Below are positions 47,620 through 57,524 of a stretch of 64,000 bases of DNA, in pieces. Within the stretch, counting starts at the first letter, position 1. Each line of letters starts with the position of its first letter. This DNA is from Chlamydiia bacterium (lineage in GTDB: Bacteria > Chlamydiota > Chlamydiia > Chlamydiales > RGXB01): positions 64,001 through 128,000 of the forward strand of contig JBEIFH010000001.1 of assembly GCA_040382515.1 (NCBI GenBank), read 5' to 3'. The position numbers and the translations under genes are program-made. The notes beneath the pieces are model-generated. The model did no database searches and had not been told where the DNA came from. It saw only the letters and a list, made by a program, of their open reading frames with translations.

Positions 47620-48262
47620 TCCAAAAAAAATCGCTCTTAAAAGAACCATACAGGTACACCTATTGGTCTTGCTACTGTTCTCTTTCAGCTCCACTTTTTC
47701 TTTTCCATCACGGCCCAAACAAAAAATGCGTGTCCACACCACCCATTTAAATAGCAAAAACCCTACTGTCCTTAAGGAAAAATCCCCCCTTGAAAAAAAG
47801 GGGAGGGCTCCTGAAAAGAAAGTGCCGGTTCAAGAAAAAAAGGGGATCAAGCCCCCCCCTCAAGTTAAGAAACCCCTAACGCCAATTCAAGAAAAAAAGA
47901 GCCCGATGAAACGGATCGAAGAGCTCGAAAGAGATCTTAAAAAAATTGAAACCTCTTTCAAGGAGGCCCCAAAAGATCTTTTTGTAGGGTTAGAATATGG
48001 AATAGATTTAAAAGATTCTATCCCATACGAAACGCAAGTGGTCCAAATTCTACAAAAAGCTTTGAGGCTCGTCGATCCAGAAAGCGTTGATGTAGTGATC
48101 CAGGTTCTTCCCAACGGACTCGTGGAAACTATCCTTGAAATTCGTTCAAACAGCCCCTTGAATGCTAAAATTGTCGCAACCGCGTTAGAGAAAATGGTCT
48201 TTCCCCCTTTTGAAGCAAATGAGCCCCTAGAGCTGAGCCTGCATCTTTGTACTGGAAACTAA
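47597..48262 (+). CDS. TolA/TonB-like protein
   Basis: TM with conserved His (VHLLVLLL), Lys/Pro-rich linker, C-terminal FPPF domain; lies between tolR and tolB. Start uncertain (TTG 47597 or GTG 47561). Confidence 0.7.
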   Translation: MWSNPKDSPKKIALKRTIQVHLLVLLLFSFSSTFSFPSRPKQKMRVHTTHLNSKNPTVLKEKSPLEKKGRAPEKKVPVQEKKGIKPPPQVKKPLTPIQEKKSPMKRIEELERDLKKIETSFKEAPKDLFVGLEYGIDLKDSIPYETQVVQILQKALRLVDPESVDVVIQVLPNGLVETILEIRSNSPLNAKIVATALEKMVFPPFEANEPLELSLHLCTGN

Positions 48263-48328
48263 GACGTGATTTCTTTATTCTACCCATAAAATGGATGTGA
48301 AAAAAAATTCTACAGGAGGATCTTCTTG

Positions 48329-49672
48329 ATGAGAAACTCTCTTTTTTTTGCAATGCTTCTCCCTATGTTTTTGCTTTCTACATCAAAAACCCCACCGATT
48401 GTTGTCCCATTAGAAACTGTCAAATCGTTGCCCTCGCTCTATTTTTCCGACTGCTCTTCTACCGGAGACTGGGGGGCAAATTATAAAGAATCAATCCTGG
48501 AAATCCTTAAAGACGATATAGACGCATCGTTTCATTTGGATCTCACCATGGGTAAAATTGATATAGAGCCTCTTGTGAGTGGGCCCATGAAAACCCCCTC
48601 GAAAGAATTGGCCGCTTTTTCTTCCGATTTTGTCCTTCTGCCCAAATTTGAAGGAAAAACCCTGGTTGTAAAGCTCTACGAACCCAGATTTCACCAAACG
48701 CACCTGGTTGGCAAAGTTGATTTGGGGGGAACCCTTATTGAAGATAGGCAAAAGATCCATCAGATTTTTGATTTAGTCCACAAAAAAATTTTCCACCAGG
48801 AGGGGATCGCAAGCACTAAAATCCTCTTTTGCAAAAAAACCGAAGATATTGAGGGAGATTGGATTTCCGACATCTACGAGGTACAGCAAGACGGCCACAA
48901 CTTAAAAAAAATCACCTCCTCCCAAAATTATCTCATCACACCCATCATGATCCCCAACTCAAAAAAAGGGGAAGGGTACGATTACGTTTTTGTCTCCTAC
49001 GAAAAGGGGCAGCCTAAAATCTTCAAAGGCAATTCCCTATCGCCCATCTCCACCCCTCTTCTTCCCTTAAGAGGAAATCAATTATTGCCTGCTTTGAGCT
49101 TACGCGGAGACAAGATCGCTTTTATTTGCGATGCTTCGGGTAAAACGGACCTTTTTTTTCAACAATTGCATCCGGAAAAAGGGGTTTTAGGGAAGCCTAT
49201 GCAACTTTTTTCACAAAATCAGTCGACCCAAGCCTCCCCTGCCTTTTCCCCTTGCGGCTCTAAACTTGCCTTTGTATCGGATAAGGGGGGATCTCCCAAA
49301 ATTTACATTTTAGAGATTGTCGATGCTATCCGTTCAAAAAAAATTCCGCCTGTAAAATTACTCTCGACCAATCACAAAGAATGCACATGCCCCTCCTGGT
49401 CTCCTGACGGAAAAAAAATTGCATTCAGCGCTTTAAGTGAAGGATATCGGCAAATTTGGGTCCTCGATCTGGATAAAAAAATTGAGATGCCCATCACAAA
49501 AGGCCCACTCGATAAGGAAAATCCCTCGTGGGCCCCCGACAGCATCCATTTAGTTTACAATACAACAGGAAAGGAATCCCAAATTTATACTATTGATATT
49601 GTAAAGCAAAAACCTGTAAAAATACCCACAGGGGATGGGATTTCCCATTTCCCCTCTTGGGAACAAAGATGA
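48329..49672 (+). CDS. tolB: Tol-Pal beta-propeller protein TolB
   Basis: Signal peptide; PD40 repeats (SPAFSPCG, PSWSPDG, PSWAPDS). Confidence 0.92.
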   Translation: MRNSLFFAMLLPMFLLSTSKTPPIVVPLETVKSLPSLYFSDCSSTGDWGANYKESILEILKDDIDASFHLDLTMGKIDIEPLVSGPMKTPSKELAAFSSDFVLLPKFEGKTLVVKLYEPRFHQTHLVGKVDLGGTLIEDRQKIHQIFDLVHKKIFHQEGIASTKILFCKKTEDIEGDWISDIYEVQQDGHNLKKITSSQNYLITPIMIPNSKKGEGYDYVFVSYEKGQPKIFKGNSLSPISTPLLPLRGNQLLPALSLRGDKIAFICDASGKTDLFFQQLHPEKGVLGKPMQLFSQNQSTQASPAFSPCGSKLAFVSDKGGSPKIYILEIVDAIRSKKIPPVKLLSTNHKECTCPSWSPDGKKIAFSALSEGYRQIWVLDLDKKIEMPITKGPLDKENPSWAPDSIHLVYNTTGKESQIYTIDIVKQKPVKIPTGDGISHFPSWEQR

Positions 49673-49680
49673 GAAACCAT

Positions 49681-50355
49681 ATGAAAAAATTCTATCCGCT
49701 CGTTTTTTTCGTACTTGCGAGCTGCACCAGCACCCTTTATGATGCATGGGAAGAGACGAAAATGACGACAAGGTCCTATACGAAGCAGGGACTCGCTTAT
49801 TTAGGCTTGATCGAAGAAGAATCAAGGATCGTAGCGACCTCCCAAGAGATCTACCAATCTGCCGAGGAAGAATTTATCCCTCTTAAAGATCAGGACCTCT
49901 CCAGCCAATACATGGACGAGTCGTACCCGCAATCCAAAGAGGTGCGCACACCCCAAAAAAGGGGTGCTTTTACTGCCGAACAATTCTCTAAACCTTCCAC
50001 AACGCTTGCCTCCATTTTTTCCACAGTATACTTCAATACCGATGAACATGTCCTCTCACAAAAAGAGTACTACCAAGTGATCAATAGAATCGCCTCGTAC
50101 ATGAAGAAAAACCCCCATGTTTATCTGAGTGTAGAGGGGCATTGCGATCAGAGAGCTTCTGAAGCCTACAACCTCGCTTTAGGCACCAGAAGGGCCCAAT
50201 TCGTCCGCAGCCTTTTGATCAAGGCGGGAGTAGAATCAGAGCAGATTCACACAGTTTCTTTCGGGAAAGAAAGACCCGTTGCGAAAGGGGGGACAAAAGA
50301 ATCGTTTGCCAAAAACCGGCGCGTAGAATTCAAAATCTTCCAACAGAGGTCCTAG
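49681..50355 (+). CDS. pal: Peptidoglycan-associated lipoprotein (OmpA domain)
   Basis: Lipobox VLASC, EGHCDQR..YNLALG.RRA, SFGKERP, NRRVE. Confidence 0.92.
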   Translation: MKKFYPLVFFVLASCTSTLYDAWEETKMTTRSYTKQGLAYLGLIEEESRIVATSQEIYQSAEEEFIPLKDQDLSSQYMDESYPQSKEVRTPQKRGAFTAEQFSKPSTTLASIFSTVYFNTDEHVLSQKEYYQVINRIASYMKKNPHVYLSVEGHCDQRASEAYNLALGTRRAQFVRSLLIKAGVESEQIHTVSFGKERPVAKGGTKESFAKNRRVEFKIFQQRS

Positions 50356-50985
50356 ATGAAGCGGTTTGCCCCTTTATTTGCCCTATTTGCCTCCTGTTCC
50401 AACTTGGTTGTCTCCCAAAGATCCGATAAACAACAAATGGAATTTAGTGTTCAAAAGCTCAAAAATGAGATTGAGGACCTGAAACATGAGATGAAGTCCC
50501 ACCAAATCGAGGTTGGCATTTTGGAGGGGAGAATCTTAAATCAGGAGGAGGATCTGAGTTATCTACACGCGCAGGACCATCCTGGGAAAATTGGGGGGCG
50601 ATCGCTCGACAATGCCACTTTAACGGAAAAAAAGATTTTAGAAATCGAGCGGACACTGGATCACCTTATAAAGCGTTTTGACCGGATCGACATAGAATCA
50701 AAAGAAATTGCAAAAGCTGTGGGTTTATATAAACAGAAGTTCCAAGAGGTGGAAAAATTTTTCCAATCTCAAAATGAATCCGTGCACGAACTTGGCCGCA
50801 TTAAAAAAAGTATAAAAGAGATAAGAGAAGAGTCGAATGAAATCGCTTTCTACAGGGTGAAAGCGGGTGATTCGATAGAAAAGATCGCTAGACTATTTGG
50901 AACTACACCTGAACAGATCAAAAAAATAAACCAGCTGCACAATGACCTGATCCTTGTAGGCCAAGAAATCAGAGTTCCCAAATGA
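50356..50985 (+). CDS. Coiled-coil LysM lipoprotein
   Basis: Lipobox LFASC, long coiled coil, C-terminal LysM (YRVKAGDSIEKIA). Confidence 0.88.
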   Translation: MKRFAPLFALFASCSNLVVSQRSDKQQMEFSVQKLKNEIEDLKHEMKSHQIEVGILEGRILNQEEDLSYLHAQDHPGKIGGRSLDNATLTEKKILEIERTLDHLIKRFDRIDIESKEIAKAVGLYKQKFQEVEKFFQSQNESVHELGRIKKSIKEIREESNEIAFYRVKAGDSIEKIARLFGTTPEQIKKINQLHNDLILVGQEIRVPK

Positions 50986-51722
50986 TCTGCCTTTTAGATT
51001 CAGGGGTGGGGGGATTGACTGTTCTCAATGAGGTGAAAAAGGTATCTCCGGATCTACGCACTATCTATCTTGCAGATAATAGAAACTTCCCCTACGGCAC
51101 CAAAAGTCAAAAAGAGATTCTAGACGCTGTCTTTACTGCACAAAAAGGGCTCGAAACTTTTTGTCTGGAAAAAATTTACATAGCCTGCCACACAGCTTCC
51201 ATCGCTTTACAAACCCGACCAAACAGCTTCGGACTGATCTCGTCAGTAACAAAAAAAATGGTTTTAGAGTCGGCAGCTTCTGAGTCTGTTGCGATTCTAG
51301 GGAGTTCATCTACCATAAACACCGGATTTTATCAAAATCTATTTTCTGTAAAAGGATATAGTAGAATCCAAGGGTTCGACTTGCAAAACCTGATTCAAAT
51401 GATAGAATCGGGTTTAAAGGACGAAGAGATCTTTCTTGAACAACTCAAAGAGGTGGTCTTATTTGCACCCGACACAATCTTGTTGGCCTCTACCCATTTC
51501 CCCCACATCGAATCTTTTTTATCCACCCTATTCCCCTTCGCGAAGATAATGAATCCTTCGCTTCAATATGCCCATGAGATATGTAGGCACTCCGGTTTAC
51601 ATGCAAAAGACGGTCTTGATGAAGATCTTTTTATAACCACACGCCATTGCCCAAAATTTCTTCACACGTTACAAAAAAATCCAATAAATAATCTTTTAAA
51701 AAAAGATGCTCGGCATGTATAA
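50982..51722 (+). CDS. murI: Glutamate racemase (second catalytic Cys replaced by Ser)
   Basis: DSGVGGLTV, FPYGTKS, IACHTAS, LASTHFP (canonical LGCTH). Confidence 0.85.
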   Translation: MICLLDSGVGGLTVLNEVKKVSPDLRTIYLADNRNFPYGTKSQKEILDAVFTAQKGLETFCLEKIYIACHTASIALQTRPNSFGLISSVTKKMVLESAASESVAILGSSSTINTGFYQNLFSVKGYSRIQGFDLQNLIQMIESGLKDEEIFLEQLKEVVLFAPDTILLASTHFPHIESFLSTLFPFAKIMNPSLQYAHEICRHSGLHAKDGLDEDLFITTRHCPKFLHTLQKNPINNLLKKDARHV

Positions 51723-52105
51723 TCTCCTTTAAACCAGGAAAAAATGTAATACTATTTGCACCCGCTTATGGTATTTATTTTTAACTAAGACACTCCAGAC
51801 TCAGTAAGGGGTTAATTTTGGGAAATTGTTGTATAAGCATGCGCGAAAAGAACCCACATCAGATGTGTGTTTTTTTATCAACCCAACTTCATTACCCAAG
51901 TTTTGATCTCAACGAAGCATTTTTACCGGGAGTGGGATCAAAAAAAATAAATGAAAGACTGGCTAGCTTTACAGGTTATGTTATACCCCCCCCACACCCA
52001 AAAATTCCGGGGGAAATCATTTTGAATAATAAAAAAAACACTCTAGAAAAACCTTCGTTTTTCAAAAGAGAGAAAACAGTTTCAAGCTAAAGAAGAAGGA
52101 TTCAC

Positions 52106-52861
52106 ATGAGTCAGAAGAAACGCATTCTACTGATCGAGGATGAAGAGGATATCGCAGCTCTTATCAAATTACAAGCTGAGCTCTCGGGATTCAAACTGCA
52201 CGTTGAGGTCGATGGTATCAACGGATTTCGTGCCGTAGAAAGAGAAAAGCCTGATTTAGTGCTTCTCGACATCATGCTCCCCGGACAAAATGGATATGAC
52301 GTTTGCCGAAAAATTAAGAGCACACCGGAACTCAAATCCATCCCGGTGATTATTTTAACAGCCAAAGACGAAGAGCTCGACATCCTTTTGGGACTTGAAC
52401 TTGGTGCAGATGATTACATCCTCAAACCTTTTTCCCCAAAAGTGCTGATGTCCCGTATCCGCGCAGTCCTCAGAAGAGGAAAAGAGTCCGAAAAATCGCC
52501 AAAAATCCTCTCTTTCGGAGAATTTACACTGGAAGTAGACCGTTACTTGCTGCGTAAAAAAGATAAAGTGATCACCATCACCCTTTCCGAGTTCGGAATC
52601 CTTAAAAGATTACTCATGAATAGGGGCAAAGTGCTCACAAGAAACCAGCTTTTGGACGATATTCATAACGATGATTCTTTTGTAGTGGATCGTAACATAG
52701 ACGTGCACATCGCTGCATTGCGTCGCAAACTCGGTCCCAATTTCAAGTGGATCGATACCGTAAGAGGGGTAGGCTACCGATTCAAAGGGGATGCCAACGA
52801 TACCTCCTACGATGATTCGATGTCCTACGAAGCAGAAGAGCTGGAAGAGGCTCTGATCTAG
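52106..52861 (+). CDS. OmpR/PhoB family response regulator
   Basis: IEDE, LLDIMLP, GADDYILKPF, winged helix DVHIAALRRKL..TVRGVGY. Confidence 0.95.
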   Translation: MSQKKRILLIEDEEDIAALIKLQAELSGFKLHVEVDGINGFRAVEREKPDLVLLDIMLPGQNGYDVCRKIKSTPELKSIPVIILTAKDEELDILLGLELGADDYILKPFSPKVLMSRIRAVLRRGKESEKSPKILSFGEFTLEVDRYLLRKKDKVITITLSEFGILKRLLMNRGKVLTRNQLLDDIHNDDSFVVDRNIDVHIAALRRKLGPNFKWIDTVRGVGYRFKGDANDTSYDDSMSYEAEELEEALI

Positions 52862-52868
52862 ACAAGGT

Positions 52869-52900
52869 ATGAAAGAGAGGGTTAAATCCCTCTTTTTCAT
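52869..52900 (+). terminator. Hairpin terminator after the response regulator
   Basis: atgaaagagaggg-ttaaat-ccctctttttcat. Confidence 0.7.
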
Positions 52901-53012
52901 TTAAAAGGCCGTAAGCCCGATTTCACAAAGGGCCCCCTATTTAGAACTGTTTTGTTTCGGGTTTAAAAATAATCCCCTTTTGTGTAAGAGAAAATAAAGA
53001 TCGAAGGTAATT

Positions 53013-53462
53013 ATGCAAAAAATCTTTATTTCTTCCCTCCTTGTCCTGACTCTGGTGAGTTGCTCTACAAATACAGGGACCGGCGCGTTGGTCGGTGGTG
53101 GTGGCGGAGCTCTTATTGGCGGTCTTGCCGGCGGTTGGGGAGGGGCAGCTATAGGGGGAGCAGCAGGTGCCATTTTAGGGGGCCTTATCGGAAATGCTGC
53201 AGATCAAAAACAAAAGCAACAAGAGATAGACAACAACTACCCGGGTCTTTCCCAAAAACTAATCAATAATGAACCTCTTAACGTCCAAGACGTCATTAAT
53301 TTATCAAAGCAGAACATCCCCCCCGAACAGATCATCCGCTATCTTAAAGAATCCGACAGCCAATTCACCCTCACAAAACAGGATTGCAAAACTCTGTGCA
53401 GAAAAGGGGTGGAAGATTCGGTAGTGAAGTATATGAGCAATGGAGCTTGCGGCTGCAGCTGA
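53013..53462 (+). CDS. Glycine-zipper lipoprotein
   Basis: Lipobox LVSC followed by GxxxG repeats. Confidence 0.85.
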   Translation: MQKIFISSLLVLTLVSCSTNTGTGALVGGGGGALIGGLAGGWGGAAIGGAAGAILGGLIGNAADQKQKQQEIDNNYPGLSQKLINNEPLNVQDVINLSKQNIPPEQIIRYLKESDSQFTLTKQDCKTLCRKGVEDSVVKYMSNGACGCS

Positions 53463-53595
53463 TCTTAATCAACCTTTAATTATAAGTTTATAAATTATTT
53501 TGTCTCGAAAGATAGGATCCATTTTAGTTAAAAATATCATTGATTTTTAAAATATATATGCAGTAAACAAATGGATCTAAAACAAAAAAAGATGT

Positions 53596-54612
53596 ATGGC
53601 CCTAGCTACCTCTTACACCACATTTGAAGACGCTTTGGAGCTTCTCGATCCTATGCATAGGCTTGAAGAAGAGGTCGTTTTTTGCGAGAGGTTCGAAAAA
53701 CTCTCGAGTTTTCATCTTATTTTCCACTCCTCATGCATCGGCCTACTTACATTCCAAACGGTGCTGTTTCTAAGTCTTTTGGTCTACAGCCCGAAATCTC
53801 CCTATGTAGCGGGACTGCTTTTTTCTTGGATTCTGACCCTTTTTTCTTACCTAATTCTTTTATTTTACTATCAGGCCAAAAAACCCCAGGACTTCCAAGA
53901 TCTGCGCCGATTTTTTATCCAGGCGTGCAGAAAGGAAATTGAGGAGCACAAGCCCAACCAGGAAGAGCATCTTTTTTTGGCAAAAGCGGCGGAAAGTCTT
54001 ACAGGAAAGCTTTCAAAAAATCAATTTTACCTACAAAATCTTGGCACCATCTCCTCGATTATCCGACTGATGAAATTCAAGGATGTGGAGAAAATGCAAG
54101 AGCTTTTGATGTATGCCTCCATCCAGGAACATATCGAAAAAATCAAAAAAGACCCCCTTAATTCAACGACGCATCTCTCATTGGCCAAATCCTATTTGGG
54201 GATGTACCGTCTCTACCAATCTCCCCTAAAGGAGCCACTGAGCAGATACTGGGTCGTTAGAAAAATCATTCAAACCGAAAAAAGGCAAAAAAGGGTAGAT
54301 GCCTCTCTTTTGCTTGCGATGGAAGAGCTTAAAATTGGTCTAGCTTCAAATGCAGATGAGCCGTGGGCCCTTTTGGAGCTAGCAAATTGCTACGAAGCTC
54401 TTGGGGATAAAAAACAGGAGCTAGAGACTTTGATCCGTTATTTGTCTTTACGCCCTTTCGATGAGAATCTTCTATTAAGAGTTGGAAAGATCTATTTCTT
54501 TCTGGGTATGACTTCCCAAGGACTCGAAATATTTTCGACATTAAAAAATATCAACGTCCATCTCTCCTTCGAACTTATTGATTCCTACAACGCCTATCTA
54601 AAAAAAATCTGA
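53596..54612 (+). CDS. Two-TM protein with C-terminal TPR repeats
   Basis: Two hydrophobic helices, then TPR-like PWALLELANCY..LG and LLRVGKIYF.LG. Confidence 0.75.
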   Translation: MALATSYTTFEDALELLDPMHRLEEEVVFCERFEKLSSFHLIFHSSCIGLLTFQTVLFLSLLVYSPKSPYVAGLLFSWILTLFSYLILLFYYQAKKPQDFQDLRRFFIQACRKEIEEHKPNQEEHLFLAKAAESLTGKLSKNQFYLQNLGTISSIIRLMKFKDVEKMQELLMYASIQEHIEKIKKDPLNSTTHLSLAKSYLGMYRLYQSPLKEPLSRYWVVRKIIQTEKRQKRVDASLLLAMEELKIGLASNADEPWALLELANCYEALGDKKQELETLIRYLSLRPFDENLLLRVGKIYFFLGMTSQGLEIFSTLKNINVHLSFELIDSYNAYLKKI

Positions 54613-54635
54613 ATCTTATGATTCAGATTTTTTTT
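54600..54635. terminator. Perfect hairpin terminator overlapping the stop codon
   Basis: aaaaaaatctgaatc-ttat-gattcagattttttt. Confidence 0.8.
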
Positions 54636-54715
54636 CATTCACAAGCAATTTTTTATTTAAATTTTTTTCTTAAACGATTAGAAATCAAGTAAGTATAGCT
54701 ATAAAGGGATGAAGG

Positions 54716-57505
54716 ATGAAACGCGGGCTCTTTTTTAGTGCGATTGTGTCACATATGGCTCTGTTTTCGCAGGGAATACCTGCAGATGAGCTGGATAAAG
54801 AGGAAGCTTTCATGGTTCGCCGCATCACGGAGTTCTGGAAAGACCAAGACTACGCCCTTGTTGAAAGGCAGATCTATCTATTTCTTGATAAGTATCCCGA
54901 TTCCACCCTCAAAGACTACCTTAAAGGGATATTGGGTGACATCTATCTGAAAGACCGTGTTTTTGAAAAAGCGATAGATGTATACCTATCGATCCAAGAC
55001 ACCGATATTCAACAAAAGGTTCTTGTTAATACCCTGCAAGGGATGTATGAGCTTAGCCGTTATGAAGACATCTATAAAATGGGTGCCAAGTATCTCTCCA
55101 ATCCGGAAATATTCGACGAGCGCAAAGAGGAATTTTTATTCCTGGTAGCAGAAGGGTATTTCCGTAGTTCGATGGAAATAGAGGGCTTAGCCTCCATGGG
55201 GCTCCTTGAGGAAGCCAAAAAGATCTATGAGAGGCTTATCAAGTCCGGTTATGCAGAACCTTCTCAATTTGCATTAGCGGAGATCTATAAAAAAACAAAT
55301 GAACCCCAAAAATCGGCCGAATTATTCAAAAAGCTTGCCGAGAAATACAAAGATAAAAGGGAGGAGCTCCTTTTCCACGCCGGGCTAGCTGAATCGGTCT
55401 ATAATCCGAAGACAGCGATCGAAACATTCACCGAGGTCGTTTCGATGCGTGGCAGCAGACTTTATACGAGCGCCTTCAACCGGGTTGTCCTTCTATTTCA
55501 AATGGAGGCCTACGAGTCGGTGATCGAATCGATCGACCTGGTTTTAACCCATGCAGACGGGCAGAGCATGCCTGTGATCCTTTACATGTACTCTCGCTCT
55601 TTATTTGGGGCAAAAATGTACGATAAAGCTTTGGAAATAGTCGATAAGCTTGGCGCCAGAAATTCCCTTGATGAGTCCCAAAATAAGAACTTGTTCCTAA
55701 TCGAGCTTGGATCAAGCCAGCAGCTCAAAGAGCTCACTAGATATGAACAAGCTCTAAAGAAATTCGAGTCTGCTTTTCCTAAAGATATAGAGATACCCAA
55801 AGCAATTTTTATCCACGCCCTTTTATTGAAAGAGCAACTCAAAACTCAAGAAGCACAGAACCAGCTAGAAAAAATCTTGAAACATTTTTCAGATTTTGAA
55901 AGCGCAGATTCTCTTTTACTGGAGTATGGCCTGGTGACATATGACAATGAGCAGTATGAACTTTCGCGCACAAGCCTTAAAAGCTTTATTGACACCTTCA
56001 CGGCATCCGATCAGATCCATCTTGCCTGGCGCTACTATTTATCGGGAACGTTGCAGCTCTATGACTTGATCCAAAAAGAGGCGCAAGGGGTTGAAGAATT
56101 TTCTAAAATTCAATTTTACAGTGATCTGTCATGGATTTTATCCAACGCCAAAGGGTTGTCGGACAAAGAGATTCAGGAGAGTCGATTTTTACAGGCTAAG
56201 GTAGGGTACGATTTGGGATACACCCAAGAATCGATGCAAAAACTTTTGACCTACATACAGGATTATTCTAAACACACCTCAGTAGCGGATGCTCACCTTC
56301 TTTTAGCTTTATGCTACGACAGAATGCGTACAAATTATGATGCTTTTATCGATCACGCCGAAAAGGCGGTTCAGCTTGCTCAAAGGCAAAATCATTTGGG
56401 ATCGATGCATATCCAGATCTTTAATGCGCTCTTAAGATACAAAGAGACCCTCGAATCGATCCCGAATCTGACCCAAAGCCAATCAAAAAAACTTCAAAGT
56501 ATCCAGGAAAAAGCGGCCGACCATCTTTACCAGGCCTTCGAAAGAGGCGATATTGAGATCCGCAAAGAAAATCTTCTGTGGCTTTCTAATCTTTTGTATG
56601 ACCAATCCCCTATCCAAAGCCCTGTCTACGGAAAAACCGAGACAAAAGAGACCGCAATTCCCGAGAATTTGGCAAAGGCTAAGAAAATTTTACAATCGAT
56701 CTTTTTTTCTGAAAAACAGAGCATTGCCCAACAAATCCAAGCGGCCCCGAATTTGGAGTGGGATATGATGCGTCTTGTCCGTATTGCCCACAAAGAGGGC
56801 AATATTAAACAAAAGCAGGTTTATCTTGAGAGCCTTGTGGATGCTTACAGAAAAAACGCCCACTCCTGGAATCTTAGACAGGAAGCTTTAATAGAACTGT
56901 CAAAATGCTACTAAGTTCAAGGAAATAAAAAACTGGCCTATGAGGCGCTTAACGAAGCCGTCCTTGTCTCAAATGTGAACAGAACTATGGCCTCCGAGTA
57001 TGCCCGCATACACAAAATCCGCCTTGAGCTAGATCACCTAGATGGGTTTACCCAAGAACAAATTGAAGAAAAAATCAATTATCTTAAGGGTCTGCAAATC
57101 CAAAAAGACAGTGTTTCCGAGCCTCTTCATCTTGAGGCAAGCCTCGTTTATGTGGATGCACGCACCCTTTTATCTGAAGAGCTTGAGAAAGATCTGAAAA
57201 ACCTTTTCTTTTTGAATCGTGTCAAAGAGGACTACACCAACTCTAAAGACCCACAGGTGCAAGCCTATAGGGCCAGCTTTGCGACAAATCCGAAAGCAAA
57301 AAAAATTTTTGAAGAATACATGCAGCTGATCCAAGTAGAAATGCTCTTGGCCAAGTTCCGTTTGGAACAAAACGAGGATCATGTGCAAGAGGCCAACGTC
57401 TACAGGCTTGAAGGGTTGAAACTTTTATCATCGATGAAAAAAGAAAAAGGGATCTCCCATTTTATTGAGATGCGCCTTAGGGAGAAGGAAAACCTTTTTG
57501 ATTAA
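54716..57505 (+). pseudogene. Exported TPR protein (~929 codons) interrupted by one in-frame TAA at 56912-56914
   Basis: ORFs 54716-56914 and 56975-57505 are in the same frame, and 56915-56974 is open and continues a TPR helix. Confidence 0.75.
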
Positions 57506-57524
57506 ACATTTTTGGAAAAAAATC

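Noticed and set aside
51818..52090. 90-aa ORF upstream of the response regulator
   Set aside because: No SD or motif, and homopolymer-rich; probably intergenic regulatory DNA.
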